Source of the DNA: an uncultured delta proteobacterium
Lineage (GTDB): Bacteria > Desulfobacterota > Desulfomonilia > UBA1062
Assembly (NCBI GenBank): GCA_963752595.1
Contig: CAVVYZ010000005.1
Span: 64,001-128,000, forward strand
Reading direction: 5' to 3'
DNA: 64,000 nucleotides
In this document: one piece after another, positions 41,700 to 51,698 of the stretch
Position numbering within the stretch: position 1 is the first letter of the stretch
Layout of the letters: every line of letters starts with the position of its first letter
The notes under the pieces: model-generated
The model's input: only the letters and a program-made list of their open reading frames with translations
Databases searched by the model: none
Told to the model about the DNA's origin: nothing
Position numbers and translations under genes: made by a program

Positions 41700-42506
41700 G
41701 TGCCATCTTGTAAAATATGTAGAGAAGCTATTTTCGATGGTATTCATCTTTCCGATGGTGAGATGATCCATGAATCGTGCTTGAAAAACATTCAAGGCAA
41801 GGAAAAGGAAGTTGAAAACTACATATATGCACAGAAAGATAAATTGAAAAGGCTTAGGCAAGAAATTGAAAGACGTGAAGGGTTGGGATTTAAGATTATA
41901 TCAATATTTTCAAAGCCTGACATTGCTACCTTTGACATAGAAAGGGAAATTCCAACAATTGAGAAAAATATTTCTAGTTTGTCCAACAACTTGATATCCT
42001 TGCAAGCTTATACCACTTCTATTTACGATTACTTTCTTTCATATCCCCCTGATTGGGAAAAAAGAAGACGTCAAGTAATAGAAAGAGATGGTGAGCAATG
42101 CAGTGAATGCGGGAACGGGGGGCATCTTCACTTACACCATATCAAGCCCTTATCTAAGGGAGGCAGTAATAAAATATCAAATTTAAAACTGCTATGTGAA
42201 AATTGTCACTCGGAAGAGCACTGTGGGCGAAATTTCTCTGGTGAGTTTAACAGTTCGGAAACAGCATTTTCTAAACGTTTAGCAAATATACGATATGCCA
42301 TAGACAACGGAAAGCGTATTAAATTTAGCTACATGAAGTATAACGAAAAAAGCTATAAACAAAGAACCGTTAAGCCAGCTGAACTTGTAAATTTAGACCA
42401 TCATAGAGATAGTGGATCAACTCTTTGTGTTCGTGGATATTGTGAACTAAGGGAAGCGGAACGCGTATTTGCATTAAAGCGAATGAAGGGCCTGAAAGTA
42501 TTATAG
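41700..42506 (+). CDS. Zn-finger/coiled-coil/HNH endonuclease/WYL fusion protein (cassette 3)
   Basis: CKIC..HESC; coiled coil; YPPDW..RDGEQCSEC..HLHHIKPLSKGGSNKISNLKLLCENCH (HNH); AIDNGKRIKFSY..RTVKP..RGYCELREAERVFALKRM (WYL). Confidence 0.82.
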   Translation: MPSCKICREAIFDGIHLSDGEMIHESCLKNIQGKEKEVENYIYAQKDKLKRLRQEIERREGLGFKIISIFSKPDIATFDIEREIPTIEKNISSLSNNLISLQAYTTSIYDYFLSYPPDWEKRRRQVIERDGEQCSECGNGGHLHLHHIKPLSKGGSNKISNLKLLCENCHSEEHCGRNFSGEFNSSETAFSKRLANIRYAIDNGKRIKFSYMKYNEKSYKQRTVKPAELVNLDHHRDSGSTLCVRGYCELREAERVFALKRMKGLKVL

Positions 42507-42530
42507 GCATAACAAGCCCATCAACTCGGA
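42507..42530 (+). other. Truncated attC half-site
   Basis: GCATAACAAGCCCATCAACTCGGA immediately after the stop; no matching L'/R' half visible. Confidence 0.55.
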
Positions 42531-42649
42531 TAGGGGATTTCCCCCAGGAATAGATCTCAATAAGCACCAAAAAGTAGTTATCGGAATGGTCAAAACAATT
42601 GGCAGGGCTCAAAACCCTTCATATTGTTTTTAGTATACACATTATCCTA

Positions 42650-42796
42650 GAGGCTGTTGAAAAACTCCGGGAAGTGCAAAAACTATCAAATCGGGACCAT
42701 CAAAACACAAGCCTCGATCAATAAATTTCCAATGTCGGGCATTCTGTGAGGTCGTTTTTTTGTCACTTTTCAACCTTTTAGTTTTTCAACAACCTC
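42650..42796. mobile_element. 147-bp MITE (IS1182-type ends), copy 2
   Basis: Identical to 38695-38841, same orientation; flanked by TA/TA. Confidence 0.88.
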
Positions 42797-42851
42797 TATA
42801 GAGGTCTGTCCTTTCGGATGAAAATATAGATGCTTTGATATCCTTTGAACA

Positions 42852-44129
42852 TCAGGGATCAAGATTAGATACGTCCACGCATGATAAGGGACTTTTCTCA
42901 ATTTTGACCAGATACAGCGGGGAAAGCACTGTCAGGCCAAGAGCGATAATCATTAAGGCCTGACCTAAACCAAGATAGTCGGCCAGAAGACCGATTACAA
43001 AAGCCAGGACGGCGGTGTAGAATGCGGTTACCAATGAGCGGACAGACAGCGATGTCGCCAAGATTTCGCATGGTACGGTGTCACTCACGTAGGTTACGCT
43101 CATAGGCGACCTCAGGTTTTGGATAATAAAAATGCCCGTGAACAGAACAACTGCCGCAAAGCCATAGCCGAAATGATAAGTGAAGCCACAGAGGATGCCG
43201 AGACAGAAGCCTGTGAGCATCGTGAGATTCAGTGGTCTGGTAAGCGTATCGAAGTGCGCGGTAAATTTGCCTGAATACCTGCTGGCCCATGATGTCATTA
43301 AATAAATACAAAAGTAGACTATGCCTACTAATACAGCCGAACGCTGTTTAGCTTGAAACATGACCAGCACAGGCAAAGTCAGAGCTAAGCTCTTGATGAT
43401 GGGCTGCAGGAAATCTTTGACGGCATTGTAAAACCCGTCATAGATGCAGACATTGGTAGTTGCCCTGAAGGCCCCCTGTCCCCTGAACGTAACCTTCAAA
43501 CTCTGCCATACCATGAAGAAGCTTTCCTTGATACTGTCACTCTTATTAATTTCCCGATCCAGCTCCTGGGGATATGTGAGCATCAGGAATAGGTTCAGGA
43601 CATAGGGCAGGGTCGATATCAGAAAGATCACATCGTATCGTCCGCTCACGAAGACGATTGCCGCCGCGATCAGGGCTGAAACCGCCGAACCCTTCTGAGA
43701 CCAGGAACGGGTATGCCCGTAGTAGTCTACCTTTTGATCCTGCCAGCCGTTCATCTTGAGGTATTCGAAAATCATGGCCTTGTGAGTGCCTCCCCTGAAT
43801 GCTTCACCGAAGGCAAAAAAAGTCATGGCAAGCATCATGAGCCAGAAAGCTGATGCGTAATAGAAGATAAGGAAGGATGTGATGTAGGCCAGAAATGACT
43901 GAACCATTGTTCGTCGACGGCCGAGCGCATCAGCGATAACACCGGTAGGTACCTCCATGAGGCTTGTCATGATTTCCCGGTAGGCATAGAGCGTACCGAT
44001 CAGTGTGTAGCTCAAGTTTTTTTCCAGCAGGAACAGGATCAGAAAAGGCTCGAAGAGCTTAAGGTTTTTCAGGAAACCATAGGCGCTGAACTTGACGAAC
44101 TGGAGATCCTTTTTGTATTTTTCAGCCAT
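42852..44129 (-). CDS. MFS transporter
   Basis: ~12 hydrophobic segments; EVPTGVIADALGRR motif. Confidence 0.9.
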   Translation of the reverse strand: MAEKYKKDLQFVKFSAYGFLKNLKLFEPFLILFLLEKNLSYTLIGTLYAYREIMTSLMEVPTGVIADALGRRRTMVQSFLAYITSFLIFYYASAFWLMMLAMTFFAFGEAFRGGTHKAMIFEYLKMNGWQDQKVDYYGHTRSWSQKGSAVSALIAAAIVFVSGRYDVIFLISTLPYVLNLFLMLTYPQELDREINKSDSIKESFFMVWQSLKVTFRGQGAFRATTNVCIYDGFYNAVKDFLQPIIKSLALTLPVLVMFQAKQRSAVLVGIVYFCIYLMTSWASRYSGKFTAHFDTLTRPLNLTMLTGFCLGILCGFTYHFGYGFAAVVLFTGIFIIQNLRSPMSVTYVSDTVPCEILATSLSVRSLVTAFYTAVLAFVIGLLADYLGLGQALMIIALGLTVLSPLYLVKIEKSPLSCVDVSNLDP

Positions 44130-44732
44130 GGGTTGTTGAGCGTCTCCGTGAACCTTTTACTATCCACCCCTAAAAAGATAACGTACACAAAGAATGCCCT
44201 CTTGAGTGCCTCTATTAACACGAAGATCATCTGTTATGGAATTGGGTTTAGTGCTACAATTTTCATCATGAGTCATGAAAAAACATTTTTTCTGCATAAG
44301 CAGGTTCTCGTCCGCTATCCCAACCCTGTCGGTGTGGGCATCGCTGTTGGAGGCAGTGCTGTATTTTTATGCGGCCGTCAGTCTGATCGCCTATATGATG
44401 GAGGATGACCGGGTAGCAAGCGGGAACTCTGATGTCATGGCTGTACACGTTATGGTAAAGGCATGGTCAATTGATGGGGAGATTATAAAGAGCTCTGCCA
44501 ATCGTTATAGTCTCAAGTATTAAGTAATTTTGTACGGATATATCTTGAAGATCATAAATTTCTAAATATTGTAAAACCAAAAATTTATCGCGAAACTGTC
44601 AGTACTTTTAGTAAGTCCCTTACATAGCTCTTGAATAAGTGAAGTGCATCGCTACAATAAATGTGTGGAATGCGCTACAGGTGAGCCTAGTTGATAGTAG
44701 AGTTTTATCAAGATATGAATGGAGCTTATTAA

Positions 44733-45038
44733 ATGAAAATTTCAGAATGGTTGGATAAAAAGGAAGCAGAAGGCTTCGATGTATCTCAAATCATATTGCC
44801 TGATGCCGTATCTTTTAACGATGATCCCACCGAAACTATTTTTTTTAAGGAGATTAGGCCTTGCGGAATCCTCTGCACAGGCAATCATCCGTTTTCTACT
44901 GTTGAACGCTTTGAACACTGGTATTATAGCAGAGGCCAAGACAAAGAGGCCGGTATTCACTCCTCCAAGATGAAGTGGTGGTTGTTTACAAAGGATAAAG
45001 ATACCGCTGTCGATGCAGCTAAGTCACACATAGAATAA
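44733..45038 (+). CDS. Hypothetical protein (101 aa)
   Basis: GGAG RBS; plausible ORF in an AT-rich stretch. Confidence 0.6.
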   Translation: MKISEWLDKKEAEGFDVSQIILPDAVSFNDDPTETIFFKEIRPCGILCTGNHPFSTVERFEHWYYSRGQDKEAGIHSSKMKWWLFTKDKDTAVDAAKSHIE

Positions 45039-45384
45039 TCTGATCTAATTACGTGGCTATATGATCTTTTGAGGAGATCTTCGTCAGGCCTCTGTTTTGA
45101 TAAAATAGTGCCATGCAAAAGCAAGTGTTCAGTATTTATATTATTATAAACTATAATTATAATAATTGTCGTAACATTCATTATTCTCAAAGCTATATAC
45201 CTGGACTATAGAGATCATCACAGAATCTATGGTCTTGAAAAATCCAACTCGTTTCGTTGCCTCTAGCACAGGATATTCAATATTTCGGATATTTCGGAAT
45301 AATAGAGTCCGTGACATACAGTAAATTCTCATATTATCATATTACAAGAAATCAGTAAGCAACATTTTAATTAATAAATGATGT

Positions 45385-45415
45385 AAGGCAGGGCAGCATA
45401 CGCTGCCCTGCCTTT
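45385..45415. terminator. Hairpin downstream of secreted repeat protein
   Basis: AAGGCAGGGCAGC-ATAC-GCTGCCCTGCCTT. Confidence 0.6.
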
Positions 45416-45432
45416 GAAGGTACATCTGATTA

Positions 45433-47376
45433 TCAGCCTTTTCCCTTGTCGTGAGGAACGATGATCTTGATGGTTGCCGAACTCTGGTTGCCGGCTGTGT
45501 CTGTTGCATAGATCGTGATGGTATACGTTCTCCCGATACCGGACCCTGATCGTTCAGACCTGAGCTGCAGGGTGATGATCCCTGTCTGCTGGTCGATGAC
45601 CGGGGTGATCCAGTCAGGTGATACATCGCCATCTCCCAGACCGTCTTCCGGCTCATTGCTTGTCACTGTGGCGGACAGGCTTACGGGCATCCCACTCGAA
45701 TCGAATGCATTGGCCACGATGTCAACGGTTACCATCTTGTGGTTCGGTGGCCACAGGATGCCTGTGTCCGCGTAGGGGGCGAGGGTCGGGGCTGTGGAAT
45801 CGATGACATTCACGGTAGTCTGCGTGCTGACAGGGTCATTCACGCCATCGCTCACGGAAAGGGTCAGCGTATGCTGGCCGAGCATCAGGCCTGATGCCGT
45901 ACAATACGGGATCTGAACAGGGCTGCCTGCAAGTATCGACTGGATGGTTCCAGAGCATATAGTCTGGCCGTCCGCTTTCCATTCGTAGCTCAATACATCC
46001 CCGTCAAAATCGGAAGCCTCTCCGCTGAGGAACACGTCCGCGCCGTATTCATACGTCCCGCCGCCTCCCAAGATCGCCGCATGGGGGGCTGAGTTGTTTA
46101 AGGTAAAGATCATGGTGTCGGAGGCGCTTATCACCCCGTCCGTTACCTCGAGGGTAAGGGTGTAGGTGCCGGGCGGTATTTGGGCGCCCTGCGGGACAGT
46201 GAGGATGCAGTCCATGTTCTGGCTGACCGGAGTCCATCCGAGGAGCATGGTCTGCCCGCTATACCATCGGTAGGTGAGCGGCCTGGAGCCGTTGTACTGG
46301 GCCTTCCCATACATGGTTGTGCCATAGAGATTTTCACTGTACACGGTGATGTTGGGTCCTGCGTCTGCGGATATCTGAATGACAGGGTCGGGCAGGATGG
46401 TGATCGTCATCGTGTCTGTGGAGCTTTTCACCCCGTCCGTCACCTCGAGGGTCAGGGTGTAGGTGCCGGGCGGTATTTGGGCATCCTGCGGTATGGTGAG
46501 GTTGCAGCCCATGTTCTGACTGACCGGAGTCCATCCGAGGAGCATTGTCTGACCGCTATACCACCGGTAGGTGAGCGGCCTGGAGCCGGTGTAAATTGTC
46601 TTCCCCTGAATGACGGTATTCGGTAAATCCTTTACGTACACGGTCATGTCAGGCCCTGCATCTGCTGTGAGTTCTGTGGGAACAGAGATCGGACTGAGAT
46701 CGAGCTGTGCGTAATCAAAGGCGATAAAGGGCTCTTCCGGGGCAACGATCTCAATCGTCACCACCCCATCCAGCATATCCGCCCAGGGCACCTCATAATA
46801 CGCTCGCCAGATGAGTCCATCCTGAAAAGTCCCTGCGGAAGAATTCCCACTGAGAATCACCTGCTGACCTTCCACAACTGCATACATGGTTCCCACATCA
46901 TAGTCAGCATAGAGAAAACTGACATAGTGATTCTTTCCATAATCCGCATCACCTGGCTCAGGAACAGCAAAGGTAAAGGTGAAATAGGCATCGTCTGCGA
47001 TTCCCGGGGGATTGTAAAGCAGGGGAAATTGCGTATGCATCAGATCAGCATAAGCAGACAGGGTTATATCCGTCCATCGTGCACCGTTTGAAGGATCCTT
47101 TTCCGAAGCAGAACGGTTGTCGAAGACATCCCCGATTTCCCCTGACTCGAGCTGCATATCCCCGTCCTGATCGATGTCCGGGAGCACGTCGCCGGCTCCG
47201 AGGATGCCGTCGCCGTTTCTGTCTGCAGGGAGCCCGTCGAATCCGAGAAGGGATGATGCATTGGTATAACCAAAGCCATCGATATCCCCGATTACAACTG
47301 ATACAGCATGAACATCCATGCAACTTAAAAACACCATGAGTCCAAATAGAATACTGAACAACCTAACTTTTTTCAT
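45433..47376 (-). CDS. Secreted protein with Ca-binding DxDxDG motifs, PKD/Ig-like repeats and LWPPNHKM C-terminal domain
   Basis: Signal peptide; DRNGDG/DIDQDGD; ADAGP..LTYRW..GTYTLTLEVTDG repeats. Confidence 0.8.
   Translation of the reverse strand: MKKVRLFSILFGLMVFLSCMDVHAVSVVIGDIDGFGYTNASSLLGFDGLPADRNGDGILGAGDVLPDIDQDGDMQLESGEIGDVFDNRSASEKDPSNGARWTDITLSAYADLMHTQFPLLYNPPGIADDAYFTFTFAVPEPGDADYGKNHYVSFLYADYDVGTMYAVVEGQQVILSGNSSAGTFQDGLIWRAYYEVPWADMLDGVVTIEIVAPEEPFIAFDYAQLDLSPISVPTELTADAGPDMTVYVKDLPNTVIQGKTIYTGSRPLTYRWYSGQTMLLGWTPVSQNMGCNLTIPQDAQIPPGTYTLTLEVTDGVKSSTDTMTITILPDPVIQISADAGPNITVYSENLYGTTMYGKAQYNGSRPLTYRWYSGQTMLLGWTPVSQNMDCILTVPQGAQIPPGTYTLTLEVTDGVISASDTMIFTLNNSAPHAAILGGGGTYEYGADVFLSGEASDFDGDVLSYEWKADGQTICSGTIQSILAGSPVQIPYCTASGLMLGQHTLTLSVSDGVNDPVSTQTTVNVIDSTAPTLAPYADTGILWPPNHKMVTVDIVANAFDSSGMPVSLSATVTSNEPEDGLGDGDVSPDWITPVIDQQTGIITLQLRSERSGSGIGRTYTITIYATDTAGNQSSATIKIIVPHDKGKG
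46131..46667. repeat. Intragenic tandem duplication, 297-bp period
   Basis: 46131-~46370 closely matches 46428-~46667 (SRPLTYRWYSGQTMLLGWTPVSQNM occurs twice). Confidence 0.85.
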
Positions 47377-47609
47377 TGAATCCCTCCTCTTTTGGTTAAG
47401 GTACTATCGAAGGTAATCGTTTCTGGAGGCCACCATCGTACGGTTAACGAGTCCCCTACGTAATGTAAATCGCTGCCGTCAGGATTACCCCATGCCAGGA
47501 CATAATAATTGTCCACACAGATGGTTGCCGTTACGATTTTGGCTGATGCCTGAACTGCATACCCAGCTATGAAAAAGGCCAGGAACAGAAAGATTACTCC
47601 CCTTTTCAT
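47373..47609 (-). CDS. Short secreted protein, possibly a truncated remnant
   Basis: GGAG RBS, signal peptide MKRGVIFLFLAFFIAGYAVQASA; stop overlaps the next ATG. Confidence 0.55.
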   Translation of the reverse strand: MKRGVIFLFLAFFIAGYAVQASAKIVTATICVDNYYVLAWGNPDGSDLHYVGDSLTVRWWPPETITFDSTLTKRGGIQ

Positions 47610-48121
47610 AAGAAAACTCCATTCAGATATGTAAATTACTTTATTGGACAATGCGCTGAATAATCTTCTTAGAGGAAGGTACCTGAGATGCTAGTTAAAC
47701 TCATGGAGGAAAACCTACAGTCTAGAAAGAGATGCAAGATCTATGCTATATGTTCACTGATTAAATATCTATTAATATTAAAGAAATAAAACCTAATAGT
47801 TGCCCCATAGACCTCCTGTGGAGAAATATTCTTCCGCAAAGGTGGAAAATAATTTGTCAGATCTTTCTGTAGGGGGACGGGTTAGGGGATAGGGGACGGA
47901 GGGTAGAGTGAAACTGACTGCGGTACGCCTGTCGGGACTTTCATTAACGCCTTGTCTCACCGGAGTATCTACCTCATCAGTCTCCCCTCATCAAACCGTA
48001 CATATTGTTCTCCAACAACTGCTTTTCCGAGTGACCAGACTCTTTATGTCAAAATAGGTCTTATAGGAAGTCAATATTCCTTGAAGTTATCTCTAGTCTG
48101 CTAATACATATGATCTCATCA

Positions 48122-48788
48122 GAGGGTGTTGAAAAACCCGTTTTGGAAGATGTACTTGTATCCCTGAACCGACCCATGGGAGGTCGTCATTATCGCTGAC
48201 TCGTTATCCGTCATGTTGCTCTTGATCTCCTTGCCTTTCTTCCCACCCTTCCCGTCGTTCTCCTCAAGCCATGCCTTTATCCGCTGTGCCTGCTTCGTGA
48301 GTTTCTCGATCTGCTTTTCCTTGCTGCTCCCGGATGGGGGAGGCGGATCATCATCCTTCCTGTCTTCATCCTCCTGCTCCTTGAGCATCTGCCGCACCTT
48401 CTCTTCGATCCGGGCCTTCTTCCGCTTCAGATCGGAGACCTTCCCGCTCCACTGCTTCGAAGCATTCGATGGAAGCTTGCACCCGTCCCGGGCAAAAAAC
48501 GTCCCGCCTAAAAGTTCCAACTCCTCACATACCAGCAGAATGTTCCTGAACAACGGCAGGATCTCGTCCTTCATGGTGGGGACAAACGTGGCTATCGTCG
48601 TATGATCCGGGCATTGCCCGCAGGATAAGGCCATGAATACGATATTCTCACGGCAGGCCTGCTCGATCTTCCTCGATGAGATCAATCCCCGAGAGTATCC
48701 CAGCAGCACTACCTTCAGCAGAATCTTCGGGTCATAGGCCGGACTGATAGCTTCCTTGAGACTTTCTGGGGACTTTTTCAGCAGCTTC
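48122..48788 (-). mobile_element. Internally deleted IS1182 family element
   Basis: AYDPKILLK..SSRKIEQAC..PDHTTIA..TDNES..GY transposase fragment between ends GAAGCTGCTGAAAAAGT and TTTTTCAACACCCTC. Confidence 0.82.
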
Positions 48789-49170
48789 TTCGAAGATCTC
48801 AACTGGCGGGAGATGAATCCTCAGTTTAAGTCCCTAAAAGAATTAAAAGATCCGAGGGGATCACAAATCGAACAAGCTGTATGTACGATAACTTCTTGAC
48901 TAAAGCAGTTTTTTTGCCTAATCAAATCTCAACTATTACGGCTTAAGATCCGGTCGGACATTCTTCAGAAAGATGACCACCTGGCGCACTCAGATCGGAT
49001 CATAGCTGCTACTCCCCCGATATCACGGAGTAAATATCATTCCATAAGGCTTCACAGATGTTGCATACATACAAATGACTTCGTCACAATTACTCGTCGG
49101 CATCAAGCTTTCATGGTTGAGAAATGGCGATCCCTGCGTGCTCGATTCACGTCCATTGGGAGTGAATCCT

Positions 49171-49827
49171 TCAGTGCTCCTCAACCCACCGTACGGCGAA
49201 GCGCACCAGCTCTGCGGCGTTCTTCAGGTGGAGTTTTTCCTTGATTCTTTCCCGGTAAGTGCTGATCGTGCGGACGCTCAAGTGCATCTGATCCGCTATC
49301 TCGCCTGTGGATCTGCCTTCACCGATCATTCTCAGGACCGTGAATTCCCGGTCGGACAGGGTTTCTATGGGGGATTTTTCCAGGGAGTCCGGGCCTGTCC
49401 TTACCCTGTTCAGAAGATTGCCCATGATATTCTGGCTGACATAAATATTGCCCTTGAGGATGTGGCGTATGGCCTTGACTATGGATTTCGAGGTTTCCTG
49501 CTTCATGATGTAGCCTTGGGCTCCTGCCTGCAATGACCGCTCGGCATAGAGGAGCTCATCGTGCATGGACAGGACAAGGACTTTCATATTCTGGTAAGAA
49601 GTGCTGATCTCCCTGATCAGGTCGATGCCGTTGCTGCTTTTCAGGGTGATATCGATAACCGCCATGTCCGGGTCCAAATCCCTGATCAGGTTGCGCGCCT
49701 CGCCCACATCCTCGGCTTCTCCGCATACATGCAGATCCGGCTCGTGGTTGATGAGCTCTTTGATCCCGAGGCGAAACACCTCGTGATCTTCAACGATAAG
49801 AATCCTGACTTTGCCTGGTGCACCCAT
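49171..49827 (-). CDS. NarL/LuxR family response regulator
   Basis: ILIVEDH, VIDI, VLSMH, GYIMK; LSDREF..HTH. Confidence 0.93.
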   Translation of the reverse strand: MGAPGKVRILIVEDHEVFRLGIKELINHEPDLHVCGEAEDVGEARNLIRDLDPDMAVIDITLKSSNGIDLIREISTSYQNMKVLVLSMHDELLYAERSLQAGAQGYIMKQETSKSIVKAIRHILKGNIYVSQNIMGNLLNRVRTGPDSLEKSPIETLSDREFTVLRMIGEGRSTGEIADQMHLSVRTISTYRERIKEKLHLKNAAELVRFAVRWVEEH

Positions 49828-49829
49828 AC

Positions 49830-51698
49830 TTAATCCCTCATCATCTGCACGGGTTCTTTCCGGCCGTCGTATTTGAATGACAGGGTGACCATCGTGCCTT
49901 CATCCGGGTTGCTCTGGATATTTAAACCTGCGCTGATCATTTTCGCACGGAATTTCATGATCTTCAAGCCCATCCCTGAAGAGGCATTGCCGGCCATGCC
50001 CTTGCCGTTGTCTTCGATGGTGAGCGTTACCACATCATCGTCGCACAGGAGCCCGATATCGACTCTCGTTGCTTGAGCGTGCCGGATGGCATTATAGATG
50101 GCCTCGTGCACGATGTAGTAGATATGGGTGCATACGGAGATATCATCCACCAGGATCGATTCGTGGTAGTTGAACGAGCAGGTGATCCCGTACACCTCCT
50201 GGATGTTCGATGCCATCTCCTGAAGAAGCGACTCCAGCCCGTGGTCTGCAAGGAACACCGGGCACAGCCCCCGGGAGAGCCTCCTGGTTTTTTGGATAGC
50301 CTCTTCAATGAGGCACCTGATCTTTTCCACCTCCCCGGTGGAGGGGACGATGTTCTCCTGGAGCTTCTTCTTCAGGAGCTCGCTCATCACCTCGATTCCG
50401 ATGAGGTGGGGGCCGAGATCGTCATGAAGATCCTGGCCGATCTTCTGCCTCTCCCGCTCCCCGATGGTCATGATTTCGCGCTCGAGTGTCTTTTTCTCGG
50501 TTACATCTTCGATGGTTGCGATCATGCACGGCTCATCCCAGAGCATGATCACCTCGGCAGAGATGGTGGCCATCCGGATATCGCCCGAACACGTGCAGAG
50601 CTCCGTATCGAATCCCCTCACCTGGCCCTGACTGACCAGCGCATTGATCATCCGTTCATAATCATCCGACGAGCGGAAAAGCCCGACGCCCTTGATCGTC
50701 CTCCCGATCACCTCTTCCCTCTTATACCCGGATATCTTGGTGAAACTTTCATTCACGTTGAGGAAAAACCCTCCGTCTATCTTCCATATGACGATGCCCA
50801 CCGGAGATGACCGGAATGCCTTTGAAAACATCTCCTCGGAATTGCGCAGGGAATGGGCCAGGATGTTCACATATTGGCTGATGACTCCTATCTCCCCCTT
50901 TGTAAGCAACGGGATGGGCTCGACGTTCAAGTTTCCCTTTTCAAGCTCTGCAAGATTCTTAACCGTCATCATGAGCCCTGAGTGAATCCCTGCATTCGAT
51001 TCATAGACCGTGACGAATATCGCAGCCAGGGATAAAAATAGAATGATGAAGACGTGGGTGGTCAGGTCGGTGAACCGGACTCCCCCCAGATTCGAGAGAA
51101 AAAGAAAGTGCCCGAGGGTGACGAGCGGTATGATGAGGGCGGAAACAACGATCAGGGCTGTCCTGTAGGAGACGCTGAAGAGCTTGTACATGTGCCGGGG
51201 GATATATACGCCTCTGATCCTCTCGTCCATGAGCAAAGGCGCCAGGAGGTGTTCGGTCGTGCTGTATGAGATGACGCTGTTTATGGGGATGCACAGCAGC
51301 AGAATAAAAACGGTCGGCAGCGTTTCGAACCACGTGAGCTCCACGAACGATCGCATCATGAGATAACAGCACAGAAGCCCGAATAACCAGCGGAGCGTGA
51401 TGATGGTGCTCTCGGAGCGCGGATACGAAAGGAGCCTGAGCTTTATGGAGGTATAGTCCTCCCTTTTCGCCTCCAGATCGGAGAGGATATTGGAGAGTTT
51501 CCATATCCTGACGAATATGCCGAAGAGCGTGGCCAGGGTAGCGGAAACGATGGATGCGGCGATGAGGTAGTTGAGCTTCTCACCTTTGTATCTGCCGGCT
51601 ATGGTCCCATAATACATGGCCAGAGGCACCACGATGAGATTGATGTAGAGCTCGAGCCGTACGGTAAGCCTCAGGATCAATCTCCATGCCGAGATCAT
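49830..51698 (-). CDS. Membrane PAS-domain sensor histidine kinase (HisKA_3)
   Basis: Multiple TMs, PAS, ERQKIGQDLHDDLG, EAIYNAIRH, IEDNGKG, GMGL. Confidence 0.92.
   Translation of the reverse strand: MISAWRLILRLTVRLELYINLIVVPLAMYYGTIAGRYKGEKLNYLIAASIVSATLATLFGIFVRIWKLSNILSDLEAKREDYTSIKLRLLSYPRSESTIITLRWLFGLLCCYLMMRSFVELTWFETLPTVFILLLCIPINSVISYSTTEHLLAPLLMDERIRGVYIPRHMYKLFSVSYRTALIVVSALIIPLVTLGHFLFLSNLGGVRFTDLTTHVFIILFLSLAAIFVTVYESNAGIHSGLMMTVKNLAELEKGNLNVEPIPLLTKGEIGVISQYVNILAHSLRNSEEMFSKAFRSSPVGIVIWKIDGGFFLNVNESFTKISGYKREEVIGRTIKGVGLFRSSDDYERMINALVSQGQVRGFDTELCTCSGDIRMATISAEVIMLWDEPCMIATIEDVTEKKTLEREIMTIGERERQKIGQDLHDDLGPHLIGIEVMSELLKKKLQENIVPSTGEVEKIRCLIEEAIQKTRRLSRGLCPVFLADHGLESLLQEMASNIQEVYGITCSFNYHESILVDDISVCTHIYYIVHEAIYNAIRHAQATRVDIGLLCDDDVVTLTIEDNGKGMAGNASSGMGLKIMKFRAKMISAGLNIQSNPDEGTMVTLSFKYDGRKEPVQMMRD

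Noticed and set aside
38695-42796. Repeats as a CRISPR array, or a proven composite transposon
   Set aside because: Only two long copies and no repeat-spacer periodicity. No shared target duplication outside the pair, so composite transposition is unproven.
47733-47748. Sigma54-like TAGCAT-N5-TTGCA upstream of the secreted genes
   Set aside because: The invariant GG at -24 is broken.
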